From Wallemia ichthyophaga EXF-994 (taxonomy: Eukaryota > Fungi > Basidiomycota), in NCBI RefSeq assembly GCF_000400465.1, contig NW_008806278.1:292592-324591 (forward strand): a stretch of 32,000 nucleotides of DNA, in the 5' to 3' direction. Positions 1-12,616 of the stretch are shown here, piece after piece (within the stretch, counting starts at the first letter, position 1; each line of letters opens with the position of its first letter). The notes under the pieces are model-generated. The model ran no database searches. It was not told the DNA's origin and saw only the letters and a program-made list of their open reading frames with translations. The position numbers and the translations under genes were made by a program.

Positions 1-125
1 ATTTGATTTGGGTGAATCACTATGACTGCTATGCGACTGCCACTGCAACCACCAGAAGGACCAACACGATTAACTCAACAAAACTAAAAAAACTCGATAA
101 ATCCAATAAATTTGAAGACGATAAA

Positions 126-3100
126 ATGTCTAAAATTGCAAATTGGAGTGCTGAGATTCCTTTGGGCGATGGAGATGGAGACGATCACCAAGTGTTTCTC
201 AACGATGAGGAATTCATAACTCAATTTATAGGTTCTGTCAGATCAGCTAAGCTTAATGTGGCTTTGAATAGCTTATACGAATTTGATTCTCGTTTGAAGC
301 GTTGTACGTTGTGGCTATGGCTATGGCTACGGTGCTGACGATATTTCAGTGGATGGGAATGTCCTTTATGAATGCCTGGATGACCTCCTTGGTCTATACA
401 GCGCTTCCTCTCTTTCTCTTCAAAAATTCAGATACGAATACTTCATCTTCCTGCCAAAGCTGTTTACCCAGTTCAACCAATCTATCGAATACGCCATGAA
501 TTGGCAGTCTGAGGAGCACAACAGACTTTCAAAGACTTCTGCATATGCTACAAACGCTCACACGTTGTTTCATCAGTCTGTTGCACTCATACACGCTCAA
601 ATTGACTCAGACGGCGCTATTTCGTCATCTTCTATCAATCTTTTATCCAGATCACTCGATTTACAGCTCTCTTTTAGGGATAGCCATTTAGTTAAGCCCT
701 CACTATCTCTCTCTGCCTTGGTTTTGACCCGCAGACTCATCCGCCAACATCACTCTACTATTCCCTCAATCTTATCTCTCATTCTGAGCCAGCCCAGCAT
801 CTCCCACGCTCCGCTTCTCGGTACTGCCATTGATGTTGCTTTGCGTCTAAGAGCTAAATCTGAGACTGACAAAGGTCTCAAAGGTGGCGTTGGCTGGTCT
901 TACGTCGATCAAAGGAAGGTTGATATCAAAAACTTCTTTGTCAACATGATTGTTGCATCAAAGACTCAAGTGCCCTGTCGCCATAGAGATGCCCTGCTCG
1001 ATTTCATTGGCAACTTTATAGGAAAAGATGAGTTGGAGAAGGATATTCTCCCAGTTGTTGAGAAGATGCTGTTGCGCTCACCAGACGGTACTCTTCAATT
1101 GATGATCTCCATACTCTCCAAGTACAGCGGTGATCTTGATGGCATCATCACCCGTTTCATTAATGCTTTGGTTTCTGTTACCAAAAACCAAAATCCCGAT
1201 GTTAGATCAATCGGTCCATTGTTCGTACAGACAGTTGTCAAGGCAAACCAAGTCTTCGAGAGGAAATTTGATTGGACACCTTTCGCTAATGAGATCGTCA
1301 ATGTTCCAAAGATGGGTAAAGCGGCATCGGCAGAGCACCGCGCTACCTTATTCACTCTTCTAAGCTACGTTCCTACTGGTGATAATATCTCTCAGTCGAT
1401 CGCGGAAACGCTCCCATCGCTTATCGCAAAAGAAAACAACGACACAGCGATGCAGTCACTAACTAGCGCACTTGCACCTCATTTGGCTTATGCAGTCGCC
1501 CATGGAGGCGTTTCTGCATCCGCACTCACTCCCCTTGTTAGCGGTCTGGGATCAACTAAGCCAGTGGTCAAGCGTGCGACTGGTGTTTGTGTAGGTGATG
1601 TAATTTGGTCTGTCAATGACTTGGGCAAACTCGAGCCATTTGTCAAAACTGTTCTCCCTGCATTCGACGCAGAGCTCAAGACTGTCTCCGCAAGCGCTCT
1701 TACTGCACCAGCTGGAGCTCTCGTGGGATACATTGTTGTCGCCACCATGTCCCATGTAGCCGGTCTTGAAGGTAGATCGGCAGTCGTTGAAGAGTTCATT
1801 CAGAGTCAAAACATGAGGTCTGTTACGGCTCTCGGCAGCAAGCCATCCTTCCTTCTCAACGACAAGATTTACAGGAAATTAACAACGTATCATGAGGAAT
1901 TGTGGTTCAGAAGGTCACTTGAAGCTGTTGCAGCAGATGACACTGTGTCTTTCAATAAGGAGCTGTCAACTTCTATTGGTCAAGCGTTGTTACATCTCAT
2001 AATAAGTTCATCCAACAGCGAGACTCGTAGGGAGACGCAAGAAAGCATTCGCACACTTTCTGAGAAATCTACTCCACGTACTTCTGACTTTATGATCAAT
2101 GCGATCACAGCTTGTATCGAATCTGGAGCAGCTACGAATAGAGTTGCGGGTCCGGCGCTTGTCTCATCAGTATCAAGTTCTGCTGACCTCTCTGACCGTC
2201 AAGAGGCTGTTGCCAAGTCAATCTTGATAGCACACCACACCTTTGTCGATGGCGTCAATCGCGGTACCTGGATCGAGTTGGCTCAACATGCTCAAGTTGA
2301 TGCGCGTGGACTTGTCAGCGAACGCGCTCAGGCATTGTTTGACGTTGTCAAGTCTAGCTCGGCATCACCAAAGACTGCCCAAGCTGCTTCTAGAGCTCTC
2401 ACTACACTCACCTTTGTCGCACCTTCGCTCATTGTGCCAATGGCTGTTGAGCAAATTAAGCATGATCTAGATCCAAAATCTTTGCACTTTATTGATAATC
2501 TTTCCATCGGTATGTGGAGAATGCCGGAGGGAGTACCATTTGTGGACGTCCTTGCATCAAAGTCTACCCAATCTCAAGATAAGAATAGAAAGGGTTACGC
2601 TATTGAGCAATGGGAGAATGAAATAAGAGAGTCAATAGCAGCTAAAAAGAAGACCACTCAGAAGCTTTCACCAAAGGATAAAGCTGCTGTTGATGCCCAA
2701 CTTGAGAAGGAGAAGGGCGTCAGAAATCACGTTCAAGATGTCTACGAAAAACTTCGCATTGGTCTTATGTCTGTTAAAGCCATTTCTGCCGCTCGTGTTG
2801 ATGAGTTGAAGCCATTTGTCTATGAGTTGGTTCTCGTACTGCTCAAAGGTGCACTTCTCAAAGGCGGTATGCTTGTTGAACATGACGCTGTGGACGCTTA
2901 CTTGGTGAGTCTGTCGCTTTGCTCTCATCTCATCTAACATGAAAGCAGACTCTTGCTGATTGTTGTGCTGAAAGACTAGGTGTCACAAAACATTCAATCG
3001 CCTACGCCACACTGCGCGCATACAACATCCCATTTATTCCTCAAGAATACTTGGTTGAGAATTTGGGTGAATTGGTAGCTCGCATCCTTCTGCGTGTCAA

Positions 3101-6100
3101 GAGCATTAGCGACAATAGCCTACTAGACGCCACTACATTGGGTTTCCTGATGCCATTGATCGACAAGGTCGTTTTCGAAACAGGCGTTGGTATTTCTAGA
3201 GAAGATCACGATGGTCTAGAAGAGCAGCTGACTTTGTCATTGGGACTGCTTTCGACCCATAGTGCTGTAATGAGTGATGTGAACTATCCTCGCTCAGCTA
3301 TCATTAGAGTCCTCCTCAAAGCTATTGGATCATACACCAAACATTCCAAAGACGCATCTAGCACGCTCGTAAATCTTGGCGAATCTCTCCGCGATAATGC
3401 TACGTATGATGAGTCTACTAAATTGATTCAAGGCACTCTCGCGGATGAAATTTATGTTCGCTCATCATGCTTACAGGCTTTACAGGTAAGTTGGTAGAGA
3501 GGTTTTATTGATGCTTGCTAACAACTTCACAGCCAATCGATATCACTGATATTGAATTCCCATCTGAGCTTTGGCTCGCTTGTCATGATGATGATGAGCA
3601 AAATGCAGCACTAGCTAACCATCTCTGGGACGATAATGGTTTAGATGTTCCTGAAACATTCCTTGCAACACTTATCCCTTACCTCGATCACGAGAATATA
3701 TACGTCAGATTCTCATCTGCTAAGGCACTCACTGGGGCTGTAGAAAACTACCCTGCTCAGGTTTCTTCAACGCAGCAGGCATTGCAGGAGCTATACTACG
3801 AGAGAGCTAAGCCGCTCGCTCCAGAATATGATGAATATGGCATGATTATTCCTGAAACTATTGATAGGACGGACCCTTGGGAAACGAGAAACGCAATTGC
3901 TGGGTCTTTACTCAGTCTCTCATCGTCTTTCGACGAGAAGGAGATCGTTGGTCTCTTCGACTTTATGACTAAAGGGGAAGCTCTCGGAGATGCCCATCCT
4001 AGTGTTCGTCGAGAGATGCTAGAAGCTGGTATCACAGTTATTGATATCAAGGGCAAGGAAGCTCTTCAACCACTCATTGAGATGTTTGAAAGTACCCTTA
4101 AGCAAACATCTACAACTGAAACGCAAGATATGGTATTCGAGGCAGTTGTAATTTTCTTCGGTAGATTGGCTAGACATCTTGAACCAAGTGATGAGCGAGT
4201 TCCAATTGTTATTGATAGACTGATTGAAGCTTTGAAAACACCATCTGAACTGGTTCAATCTGCAGTAGCAGATTGTTTACCACCGCTGGTGCAGGCTAGA
4301 ACGGAGCAGAGAGACTCATTGGTGAAATATCTCCTTGATGAACTCATCGATGCTGATAAATACGCTGCAAGAAGAGGTGCTGCTTATGGTTTGGCTGGTG
4401 TTGTTAAAGGCGTTGGCCTGAGCTCGTTCAAGCAATTCGATATTATGCGCACTCTGAAGAAGTCTGCTGAAGATAAGAAAAATATGCAAGCGAGACAAGG
4501 TGCTTTGTTTGCATTTGAAACTCTCTCAGCAACTCTTGATCGCCTATTTGAACCTTGGATTCCAACTTTGATGCCTATCTTGCTTACATCGTTTGGTGAC
4601 TCAATTCCAGACGTTCGTGAAGCTACTCAGGATGCTGCCAAAGTTATCATGAGTAAGCTTAGCGTAAGTTAGCCTTAATATAACACTTGCACGTAATTGA
4701 CAATAATCAGGGTTACTGCGTCAAGGTCATCTTACCATCACTTCTTGAAGGTTTGGAAGAGAAACAATGGAGGACAAAGAAGGGATCGATTGAACTGCTT
4801 GGTGCTATGGCTTTCATGTCTGCAAAGCAACTATCGGTGTCTCTCCCAACAATTATCCCTCAGATAGCCGAAGTACTCACTGATACTCACTCGCAAGTAC
4901 GCTCAGCGGCCAATGCAGCATTAAAGCAATTCGGTGAGGTCATCAACAACCCAGAAATCAAGGCTATGTCCTCAGTATTGATCAAGGCACTTGTCGATCC
5001 AACTGCCAAGACGGCAACTGCTTTGACTACGCTTCTCAACACGGACTTTGTTCACTACATTGACGGACCTTCCCTTGCTCTTATCATACCAATCATTGAA
5101 AGAGGTTTACGCGAACGTTCTACTGAAATGAAGAGAAAATCTACTCAAATTATTGGTAACTTGGCCTCATTGACTGAAACAAAGGACTTCTTGCCATATA
5201 TGAAGGTTCTTCTTGAACATGTACACAACGTTCTCGTCGATCCTGTCCCAGAGGCTCGCGCAACTGCTGCTAAAACTTTGGGTAGCTTGATTGAAAGATT
5301 AGGAGAGAAAAACTTCCCTAATATGATTCCAAGCTTGATTAGCATGGTCAGATCAGATACTTCAGGTGTAGATAGACAAGGTGCTGCTCAAGGTTTGGCA
5401 GAAGTCTTGAGTGGTCTCGGTATGGAGAAGATGGAGTCACTGTTGCCTTCATTCCTCGAAGACACCAAGCACGCACGTCCATATGTCAGAGAAGGTGCAA
5501 TCAGTTTGCTCATCTATTTACCAACAACGTTTGGCCACAGATTCACTGTTCATCTCGGCAGAATTGTTCAGCCAATTTTGAGTGGTATTGCTGATGAGTC
5601 GGAGTATGTTAGAGAAGCGTCTATGAGAGCTACCAGAATGATTATCGCCAACTACTCTAACAAGGCTGTTGATCTTCTCTTGCCAGAACTTGAACGTGGA
5701 TTGTTCGATGAGAGTTGGAGAATCAGACTCTCTTCTGCACAACTCATGGGTGATCTCCTGTTCAGAATCACAGGTATCTCTAGCAAGATTGAAGTTGATG
5801 ATGGCGAAGGTGAAGGCGGAGAAGACGAAGAAGGTGGAGATGATACATATGGTCGGACTGAAACAGCCAAGAATCAATTGGTTGAGATTCTTGGCGTTGA
5901 AAGACGTAACCAGATTCTTTCAGCTATCTATCTCTCGCGTTCTGATCAAGCACACCCTGTCAGAGTTGCTACAGTGCAAATCTGGAAGGCGTTGGTACCA
6001 AACACTCCAAGAACTGTCAGAGAAATTATGCCAACACTTATCGAAAAGATTGTCACAATTCTTGCTAGTGATTCAATTGAGATGCGGGAAACTGCTGCAA

Positions 6101-7519
6101 GAACATTGGGTGAAATTGGTAGAAAACTCGGTGAAAAGATCTTGCAAGATGTTATTCCAACGTTGCACTCAGGAGTGGATGCAGCTTCTGCTCAACATAG
6201 ACAGGGTGTGTGTATTGCGTTCGCCGAATTGCTCAAGAATGTCGAAAGCGAAAAGATTGAAGGTCATCACAATATCATCATTTCATCCGTGCGCAAGTGT
6301 CTCGTTGACGACGACAAGAGAGTTAGAGGAGCAGCTGCCAGAGCCTTTGATGCTATGCAGCTTCATATTGGTGGTGCTGCTATTGATGAGACTATTCCAA
6401 CGCTTGTTGATGCCCTTTCATCAAACACTCAGTCAGCAGTCGCTGCATTGGAGGCATTGAAGGAAGTTATGACAGTCAGAGCAGCCGCTGTGTTCCCAAT
6501 ACTGGTACCTAAACTCATATCGAACCCAATCACAACCTTCAAAGCCGATGCTTTGGAGCAACTCGTTAAGGTCGCTGGTGATGCTGTCAATGAACAAATT
6601 ACCGATATTTTGCGCGCCTACGTCGTGGCATTAGAAGGAAAGCCTGATGATGAGACAAGAGAGTCAATCGAAAAGGCGTTGTTTAGTCTATTTAACGTCG
6701 TGGAAGGTATAGAAGGTCTCAATGTGATCATGATGACTTTGATTGGATGGGCCAAGGATGTCGAGCCAACGAGAAGAGTATCGGGTAACAAGATGTTTAC
6801 GATGTTCGCCCAATCTACAGAGGAGGACTTTGAATATTACAGATATGATTGGCTCAGACAATTAATTGGCGCCATGGACGATCCAGTTGAAGAGGTAATT
6901 GAGAGCGCAAGAGAATCTCTCGATGCTCTCGTCAAATCAATACCAAAGGATGAACTTGATGAAACTGCTGTTCCACTTAGATCATCACTTGAAAGTCTTG
7001 GTTCATTTGGAAAGATTGTGGCAGGATTTAGCCGTCCAAAGGGTATTGCGCCACTTGTTCCAATGCTCTTGGCAGGTTTGCTTACTGGAAATGTTGAGGT
7101 AAGAGTTGGCTACTTAAACCACACACGTACTTACAAAATAAAAGCAACGTGAAAATGCTGCGTATGCAATCGGACATGTGATTGAAAGGACAGATGAGGT
7201 TAACATCAAACCATTTGTTATTCAATTGACCGGACCTCTTATTAGAATACAGGTGAGTCTAGCCATAAGTTTTTAAAAGAAATACGCTTACATTTGAGCA
7301 AAGGGTGAGAAGGTTGCTTCAACAATCAAATCAGCAATTCTTGATACTCTTACCATATTCCTGCAACGTATTCCTCAACACGTCAAGCCATTCTTTCCAC
7401 AGCTTGGTAGAATATTTGACAAGGCTAAAGCTGAAGCCGACATGCGTATCGTTTCGATCAGGGCTGATAAAGCAATCGAAGCATTGGCACAAGCCAGAGC
7501 AACGATCAGTGCCAAGTAG
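126..7519 (+). CDS. GCN1: eIF2-alpha kinase activator GCN1 (HEAT-repeat protein), 7 exons, ~2370 aa
   Basis: Exons 126-303, 350-2904, 2949-3485, 3533-4663, 4711-7098, 7145-7252, 7304-7519 join in frame (7113 nt) across GT-AG introns of 44-51 nt. Recognisable Gcn1 segments: ARRGAAYGLAGVVKG, LEEKQWRTKKGSIELLGAMA, DPVPEARATAAKTLG, ESWRIRLSSAQLMGDLLF, LTGPLIRIQGEK. Confidence 0.95.
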
Positions 7520-7666
7520 GGAATAATAGGACAGACTGCATTTGTAATAGAAAATTAATTTTAATTCTCAATCTAAACAACTTAATCGTAAAGCTGTAGC
7601 CGAAGATTGGGCTAACCGATGTTTGATAATGTGAGTGGGCTGATTGGGCAAGGTGTGTTCTAAACT

Positions 7667-9517
7667 ATGAGGTGTACAAGACTGCTTCGACAATTTCAAA
7701 CTCTCAAGCCGGAGATTAAAACAGCATCGTTTCCAGGGCCATTATCTCAGTCCATTTCCAAGGGTATTTCTCAATATCAAGAGGATAGGTCACATCAATT
7801 TGCAGTTGGTGAGTGTTTTGGCGGTTCTTTTCATTGCTGACGCTGTAAAGACTACAGCAAAAGCTCTGGAAATTATATCGTCGACGCTGACGGCAATACG
7901 CTTCTCGACGCATTTGCTCAGGTGAGTTGGTAGACTGATGTCATTCGAGTACTAATATCCGAACAGATAGGTGTGCTTTATGGGATATTACTGCCTCATT
8001 CTAACAAACCCAGCGTCAATTGCAATTGGATACAACAATCCTTCTTTGATCGAGCTTGCTAAATCGGTAAGCAGACCACAGCAAGTTTAGTCCACTTTTA
8101 AATCTTCTAGGATGAATTCATTACAGCTGCAATTAATAGACCGGCCTTGGGCAACTTCCCTCCTTCAAATTGGAAGCAGATCCTCGAAGATGGATTACTC
8201 AAGAAGACTCCTAAGGGTTTAGAGCAGGTATGTTAAGCTACTTGAAAACAAAGCAGTGGAATAACCCTTTGAAAGCTTTTCACTGCCATGTGCGGCTCAT
8301 GTGCTAATGAATCAGCATACAAGGCAGCATTTATGGCATACCGCGATAGACATCATGGATCTGGATTTAGCGAGGAAGATTTGAAGAGCTGCATGCAGAA
8401 TGCTGCACCAGGATCACCTGATTACTGCATTCTGTCCTTCGAGTCGGCTTTCCACGGCAGATTGTTTGGTTCCTTATCAACAACACGCTCGAAAGCAATT
8501 CATAAGGTGGGACATATGCTAATCACGTATTCCACCCTCACATGCAGTAGGTTGGTGTTCCTGCATTCGACTGGCCGCAAGTCGCTTGGCCGAGCGTCAA
8601 ATATCCTTACGAAGATCACATCGACCACAACAAAGCAGCGGAGGCAAAGTCTCTCGATCTGGTCAAACAGACGATCCGTGAACAGTGAGTGCATTGATTG
8701 GAAACATAACACTCTTTAATGTTTCACCAGCAAGCACAAGAAGCCAGTGGCAGCCTTAGTTGTCGAGCCAATACAGTCAGAGGGCGGCGACAATCATGCT
8801 TCCGCCAATTTCTTTAAGGGATTGAGAGAGATTACCAAGGAGGAAGGCGTTTACATGATCGTCGATGAAGTGCAAACAGGATTTGGTAGGTGCGAGGTGA
8901 TGTTCATTCACTATCTAATCCGAAGCAGGTGCTACTGGCTCGTTCTGGGCTCACGATAAATGGCAACTCGAAACGCCGCCAGACATGGTCACATTCTCCA
9001 AAAAGGTGGGTGTCAGATTGCGCATAATGACTAGCTGACATCGATACCAGGCTCAGGCTGCTGGATTTTATCACAACTTTGAAATGAGACCATCTCTTCC
9101 ATATAGAAGTGAGTGTGGCTCTGATAATGTGCGTGACTGACTCGAAAAGATTTCAATACCTGGATGGGTGATCCAATCAGGGCTTTGCAAGCACGCGAAA
9201 TGATTTCATATATAGACAAGCACGGATTGGTCAAGCATACTGAAGACGTTGGCGATTATATTTACAAATCGCTCAAGACATTGAGTGAGAATACACTAAT
9301 TGAAAACACAAGAGGATTCAAACAAGGCACATTTATCTCGTTCGATATGCCCACACCAGCACAAAGGGACTTGGTTGTGTCACAGATGAGAGCCAGAGGT
9401 GTAAACATTGGCGGCTGCGGTGAACGCGCTGTCAGACTTCGTCCTATGCTCATTTTCGGTAAAGCAGAGGCTGACATTTTGCTGAATACACTCCACTCTG
9501 TGATACACAGACTTTAA
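7667..9517 (+). CDS. UGA1: 4-aminobutyrate aminotransferase (GABA-T, class III PLP enzyme), 11 exons, ~469 aa; start codon uncertain
   Basis: Exons 7667-7808, 7851-7921, 7967-7970, 8014-8066, 8111-8227, 8276-8506, 8551-8684, 8731-8885, 8929-9005, 9051-9108, 9150-9517 total 1410 nt in frame. Motifs: [72 protein letters not shown] (PLP lysine), [20 protein letters not shown]. Confidence 0.95.
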
Positions 9518-9799
9518 TGGAATTATGCACGTGATTTTAAGTGATATTCTTATGTCTCAATTGGAGTGTGCGTTGAACATTCAATGTTGTTATGTATAAT
9601 CTGTACAATCATGATGGTGAGGCTGTAATAAAACAAGTTGGAGTGAATCAATAAACCTAGTGAGCGTGAAACAGACATGCTGCCTGCAGATTTTTGAGTG
9701 ACAGTGTGATAAAAGAACGACGAGCAGTAATGCTATAAATAAATGTTGAGATAATAACTGGTATTGCGCTGCATGCTTGTACTATCGACTCTTAACTAT

Positions 9800-10336
9800 T
9801 TATTCCTTAAAGAAATTCCGTATCCTCGTTGAGAAGACCTTCGATTTACGCTTGGAGAATCTAGAGAAAGATTGTCTCGATTCTCTGCCTTCATGCGTGC
9901 TTTCATTACTGCTAAGGTGTCCACTCATGTTGCTCATGTTTGAGAGTTGGTGACTCTTCATCGACCATTCGTCAAAGTTGGGCATGTAAAAGATGGATTG
10001 CGCAGACGACACGCTCGGTGCGCCTAGCGTGTGCGAGTGATGATCAGGTCTTGGTGAAGAAGCAGGTGAGGAGCCTGCGAATGAATTGCTCGTGGTTGAG
10101 TTGGCATATGGATGCGATGGTATGGGTGGAACAGGACAAGTTGGTATTGGTTTCTGTGGAGGTAAGACACGTCCTGCGCGTCTCCTACGTAGTATCTCCG
10201 ACGTTCTTGAGTTGATGCTGAAATTGGTCGATGTCGTCGAATGCGGTGGTGTTATCATTTCCTGGTGTATCAGGCTCCGTTCAACATCAATGGAGATTCT
10301 GTTGGAAAGTGCATGAGCTATTGTAATTTCATCCAT
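9800..10336 (-). CDS. Hypothetical Ser/Pro-rich low-complexity protein, 178 aa
   Basis: ATG-initiated 537-nt ORF with an AT-rich upstream region. Contains a basic patch (RRRRAGR) and a PxxP-rich segment. No recognisable domain; additional 5' exons cannot be excluded. Confidence 0.5.
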   Translation of the reverse strand: MDEITIAHALSNRISIDVERSLIHQEMITPPHSTTSTNFSINSRTSEILRRRRAGRVLPPQKPIPTCPVPPIPSHPYANSTTSNSFAGSSPASSPRPDHHSHTLGAPSVSSAQSIFYMPNFDEWSMKSHQLSNMSNMSGHLSSNESTHEGRESRQSFSRFSKRKSKVFSTRIRNFFKE

Positions 10337-10650
10337 CCTCGTGTTCGCTGATCAAGGTTCTTGATTAATATTTAAATGACAGGCATGCGACGTTGCCCTT
10401 CAAATGTCGATGCACGGCGGCTAACATTCCAGTGCCCGGAAGCGGTGGGCCTTGAAAATACAGAACCTTCAAAACATATTTAAAAATACCAATTTTCTAT
10501 TATGCATTACAAGATATTGAAATGTTATCCAAGAATATTAATGTTTCTGGTGTGATTTTATATTGAAAATTTGATTAGTTGCTTTAATATTAGTGTAGAT
10601 GATAAATAATCTCAAGAAATTTGGTTGGTCGTTACTTTCGTTCCTAATGC

Positions 10651-12616
10651 TCAGCATTTGAGCTTGCTGCTCATTTTGTTACACTCATAAGCTACGCTCT
10701 GCGCACCCTTAAGTGCCCCATCTATTAGTCCACGCGCCAATGCAGTTTCAGGAGTATGTTTTGACAGGTCTAGAACATGTCAATACTACAATGTAATGTC
10801 TGTATGATTCTTAACTTACCTTTCAACAGCAAGACATATCGTGTAACCCTCTGAGATGGCATCACCGCTACGTCATTTAGCCTCAAACGCTGATGTACTT
10901 GACTCTCATTCATCGTCAGTTTTTCCAAACTTTCCTCAATAGCTTTCTGCTTTTTCTTCTTGGTTAAGGCTTTCTCATTAGTAGCCCTGGTAGGTTCTGT
11001 CTTTACCCTTCCTTTCTTGTTGGTTGTATAGCTCTCGACTGTTTCATGTGGTGATTGGAGGATATGTTCAGAGCTGGAAGTTTTGGATGTCTCAACAAAT
11101 GACATTGATTTGCCCCTCTTATTTCTCTTCTCCATTTGCTCCCGCAATGACTTGTTCTTCATAATGGAATTTAAGACGTGAGGATATACCCTGCTCCAGT
11201 TGACAAAGACTGATTCTAGATCTGTTTTCAAACTAATGAAAGCCACAGCAACACCATAGGCTGAAGGGTCATCATCCATCCTCTGAGAAAGTTGATTCGA
11301 AAGTGCGATTAGCTCGGGTAAGTGTTTTGCTAAAAGTTTTATATGCTTGAAAGATTCTTCTGGATTTTTACTTCCATTCTCGTCTATGATTTGAATTGAC
11401 GTTGTTGGTTGGGTTTGGAATGATGGATATGATGTCTTGATGAGCTGATTGAATTAGTTAGGAGGTGTGCAGGTATGTAGGTGTGCACTGAAAACTCACA
11501 TCGAGTAACTGAGTGAGATACTTGGCGTATGACCTCTCTGTACTTGCAATCTCGCGTATAATGAAAAGCCTCTTCACCTCACTCTTCCACGCAGGATCGG
11601 ACATTATCTGGTCTTCACGAGCTGAAACTTCATCGAAAGTCGAGGCTGTGGGCGAAGGTGTGGGTGAAACTACCGACTTCTCATCACCTTTACCACACAA
11701 ACTTGCAACGACGTCACTATCGGCAGTACCAAAGACGATAGATCTTTTCCTGAAGTCTTTCAAAGCTTCGTAGAAGAGATTATCGTCTGCGATCATGTGA
11801 AGTGTTTGTGGAGAAGCAACTGGATGATTGAAGTAACTTTGGGTAGGGGTGGAGGGGCTCGAGCATGGTAATGTCGTCGGACTTTCAGTAGCGACTTTCA
11901 AGCCAAGCATCTCAGCAGGAGATTTGTAAGGATCTTTTCTTTGCGTTGTGCGGACGTCGAATGCCTCCGACTGATCCCAATTTTGGTTTGGTGGTACGAA
12001 TTCTAACGTTTTTGAGAAAGGTGAAACGGTGGGTATTTCAATCTTGGGTGGATAACTATGACGATGAGTAGTGTCTTGAGCTTTTTCAGAGGGGTGTGAA
12101 ATTGTGGTGAAGCTATGTGTAATATCATGAGAGGAATGAGTGCTTTGGGGAATTTGGGGGACGGGCGGAGCAGGTGAAGAAGAAGTTCTACTTGAAAGAA
12201 GCCGGCTAACACGATCTTTAGACCTGCTGCGCGTGGCAGAACTTGAAGAGTACTTTTCTCGATCGTATCGCGTGTCTTGGTCTTGTTCAACGTGCTCTTT
12301 TGGAGACTTGCGTAGCCTATTTCGAACTCTAGATTGAGTAGACATAACTTTATTCTTTTTTGCTTGATTCGAGTCGAGCGATTTCGCTCTTCTAAGATGA
12401 TCTGGGTATAACGCTTTGGATTGATTGGATTGAGCAAACACGTCGATTTGTTGATGAGTATTTGAATCGAAGATGTTTGAAAGCTTTTTAAAAGATTTCA
12501 GAGCTAAATTAAGGGCAAAGTCAGAAGACACTTGATAATGATTTGGCTATCGGCTTACGGGATTTATATTTTTTATCCATAGAATCACTAGGGCAATTTG
12601 GAGTGATATTGTGCAT
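10651..12616 (-). CDS. Rho guanine-nucleotide exchange factor, DH (Dbl-homology) domain only, ~590-600 aa
   Basis: Exons (minus) 12616 or 12580-12559, 12503-11500, 11444-10820, 10769-10651 join in frame across 55, 55 and 50 nt introns. DH signature blocks: KRLFIIREIASTERSYAKYL, LNDVAVMPSQRVTRYVLLLKDLSKHTP, A..CN. The N-terminal half is Ser/Pro/Thr-rich. The 5' end is uncertain. Confidence 0.8.

Noticed and set aside
1095-7102. Numerous short alternative-frame and antisense ORFs inside GCN1 (e.g. 1095-1355, 1488-1799, 5669-6460)
   Set aside because: Shadow ORFs of a long real CDS with no motifs. The same reasoning applies to overlapping ORFs in HOM6, NOC4, FMT1, the dehydratase and the SDR.
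9506-9517. GABA-T C-terminal HRL as a peroxisomal signal
   Set aside because: Non-canonical first residue, no supporting basic context, and the N-terminus points to mitochondria instead.
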